DNA of 32,000 nucleotides from Candidatus Saccharimonadota bacterium (GTDB lineage Bacteria; Patescibacteriota; Gracilibacteria; UBA1369; 2-02-FULL-48-14): NCBI GenBank assembly GCA_016699145.1, contig CP064962.1, positions 300,001 to 332,000 of the forward strand, read 5' to 3'. Shown piece by piece: positions 31,624 to 32,000 of this stretch (position 1 is its first letter; each line of letters starts with the position of its first letter). The notes under the pieces were generated by a model. It saw only the letters and a program-made list of their open reading frames with translations, ran no database searches and was not told where the DNA came from. The position numbers and the translations under genes were made by a program.

Positions 31624-32000
31624 TCAAACGGTCATGATGGTCGTTTCTTTTTTCTTGGCCTCTTGATCGATTTGAGCATTGATGGCGTTCACTTCTTCTT
31701 GCAAATCTTTTTCAGCCTTGGTTCGTTCATCTTCTGTAAGTTGAGCTTCATGCTCCATACGCTTGAGTTGAGTCATTACCTCGTGACGGAGGTTTCGCAC
31801 CGAAATGCGAGCTTCTTCCGCCATGCGGCCCACCACTTTCACAAGGTCTCGGCGACGTTCTTCCGTGAGCGAAGGAATGGTCAAAATCACTGCCAGACCA
31901 TTGTTAGTAGGGTTCAAATTCAATTCCGATTCACGAATGGCTTTTTCCAAACCCGCAAGCATGGATTTATCCCAAGGTTGAATCTGAACGGTGCGCCCAT
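31624..32000 (-). CDS. frr: Ribosome recycling factor with its 5' end outside the window
   Basis: ...IQPWDKSMLAGLEKAIRESELNLNPTNNGLAVILTIPSLTEERRRDLVKVVGRMAEEARISVRNLR is typical of Frr. The frame stays open to nt 32000. The stop lies 14 nt before the rseP start. Confidence 0.9.
   Translation of the reverse strand, partial: GRTVQIQPWDKSMLAGLEKAIRESELNLNPTNNGLAVILTIPSLTEERRRDLVKVVGRMAEEARISVRNLRHEVMTQLKRMEHEAQLTEDERTKAEKDLQEEVNAINAQIDQEAKKKETTIMTV

Overview
The window is mostly compact housekeeping genes from a bacterium using the standard genetic code (TGA, TAA and TAG all act as stops). Recognisable genes are holA, glnA (GSI-alpha type) divergent from a TrmB-like regulator, gatC-gatA, a cytidylyltransferase-fold enzyme, ftsX, recO, a long RSH (Rel/SpoT) protein, a K+-independent H+-pyrophosphatase, rplY (Ctc form), ybaB, mltG, dnaA, rseP and frr. 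None of the start codons I inspected has a Shine-Dalgarno motif, and dnaA is not followed by dnaN. frr abuts rseP with no uppS, cdsA or dxr between them. Together with the giant surface proteins, this suggests a reduced-genome lineage, possibly CPR/Patescibacteria such as Peregrinibacteria. That placement is inference only. The unusual part is the first ~9.4 kb. It holds a tightly packed cassette of three same-strand genes: a giant protein truncated at the 5' window edge (>=1356 aa, with an EF-hand loop and a glycine-zipper or amphipathic Gly/Ala/Val core), a 43-aa lipoprotein absent from the ORF track, and a 1429-aa extremely acidic, Cys-rich secreted protein that starts on an ATGA overlap with the lipoprotein stop. 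The secreted protein has tandem ~118-aa Cys-delimited modules, a D12 run and a distinct C-terminal module. A divergent PP2C-like phosphatase with its own promoter follows. I cannot assign either giant protein to a characterised family and flag the cassette as the best candidate for an undescribed cell-surface or host-interaction system. Other notable points are a +1 frameshift that cuts off the conserved C-terminus of gatA, two relaxed-consensus DnaA boxes upstream of dnaA, a 12-bp perfect inverted repeat in the hppA leader, an RSH protein with HDxxEG instead of HDxxED and no ACT/RRM domain, and a promoter placed for a leaderless transcript. I found no rRNA, tRNA, CRISPR array or recognisable transposase or integrase.
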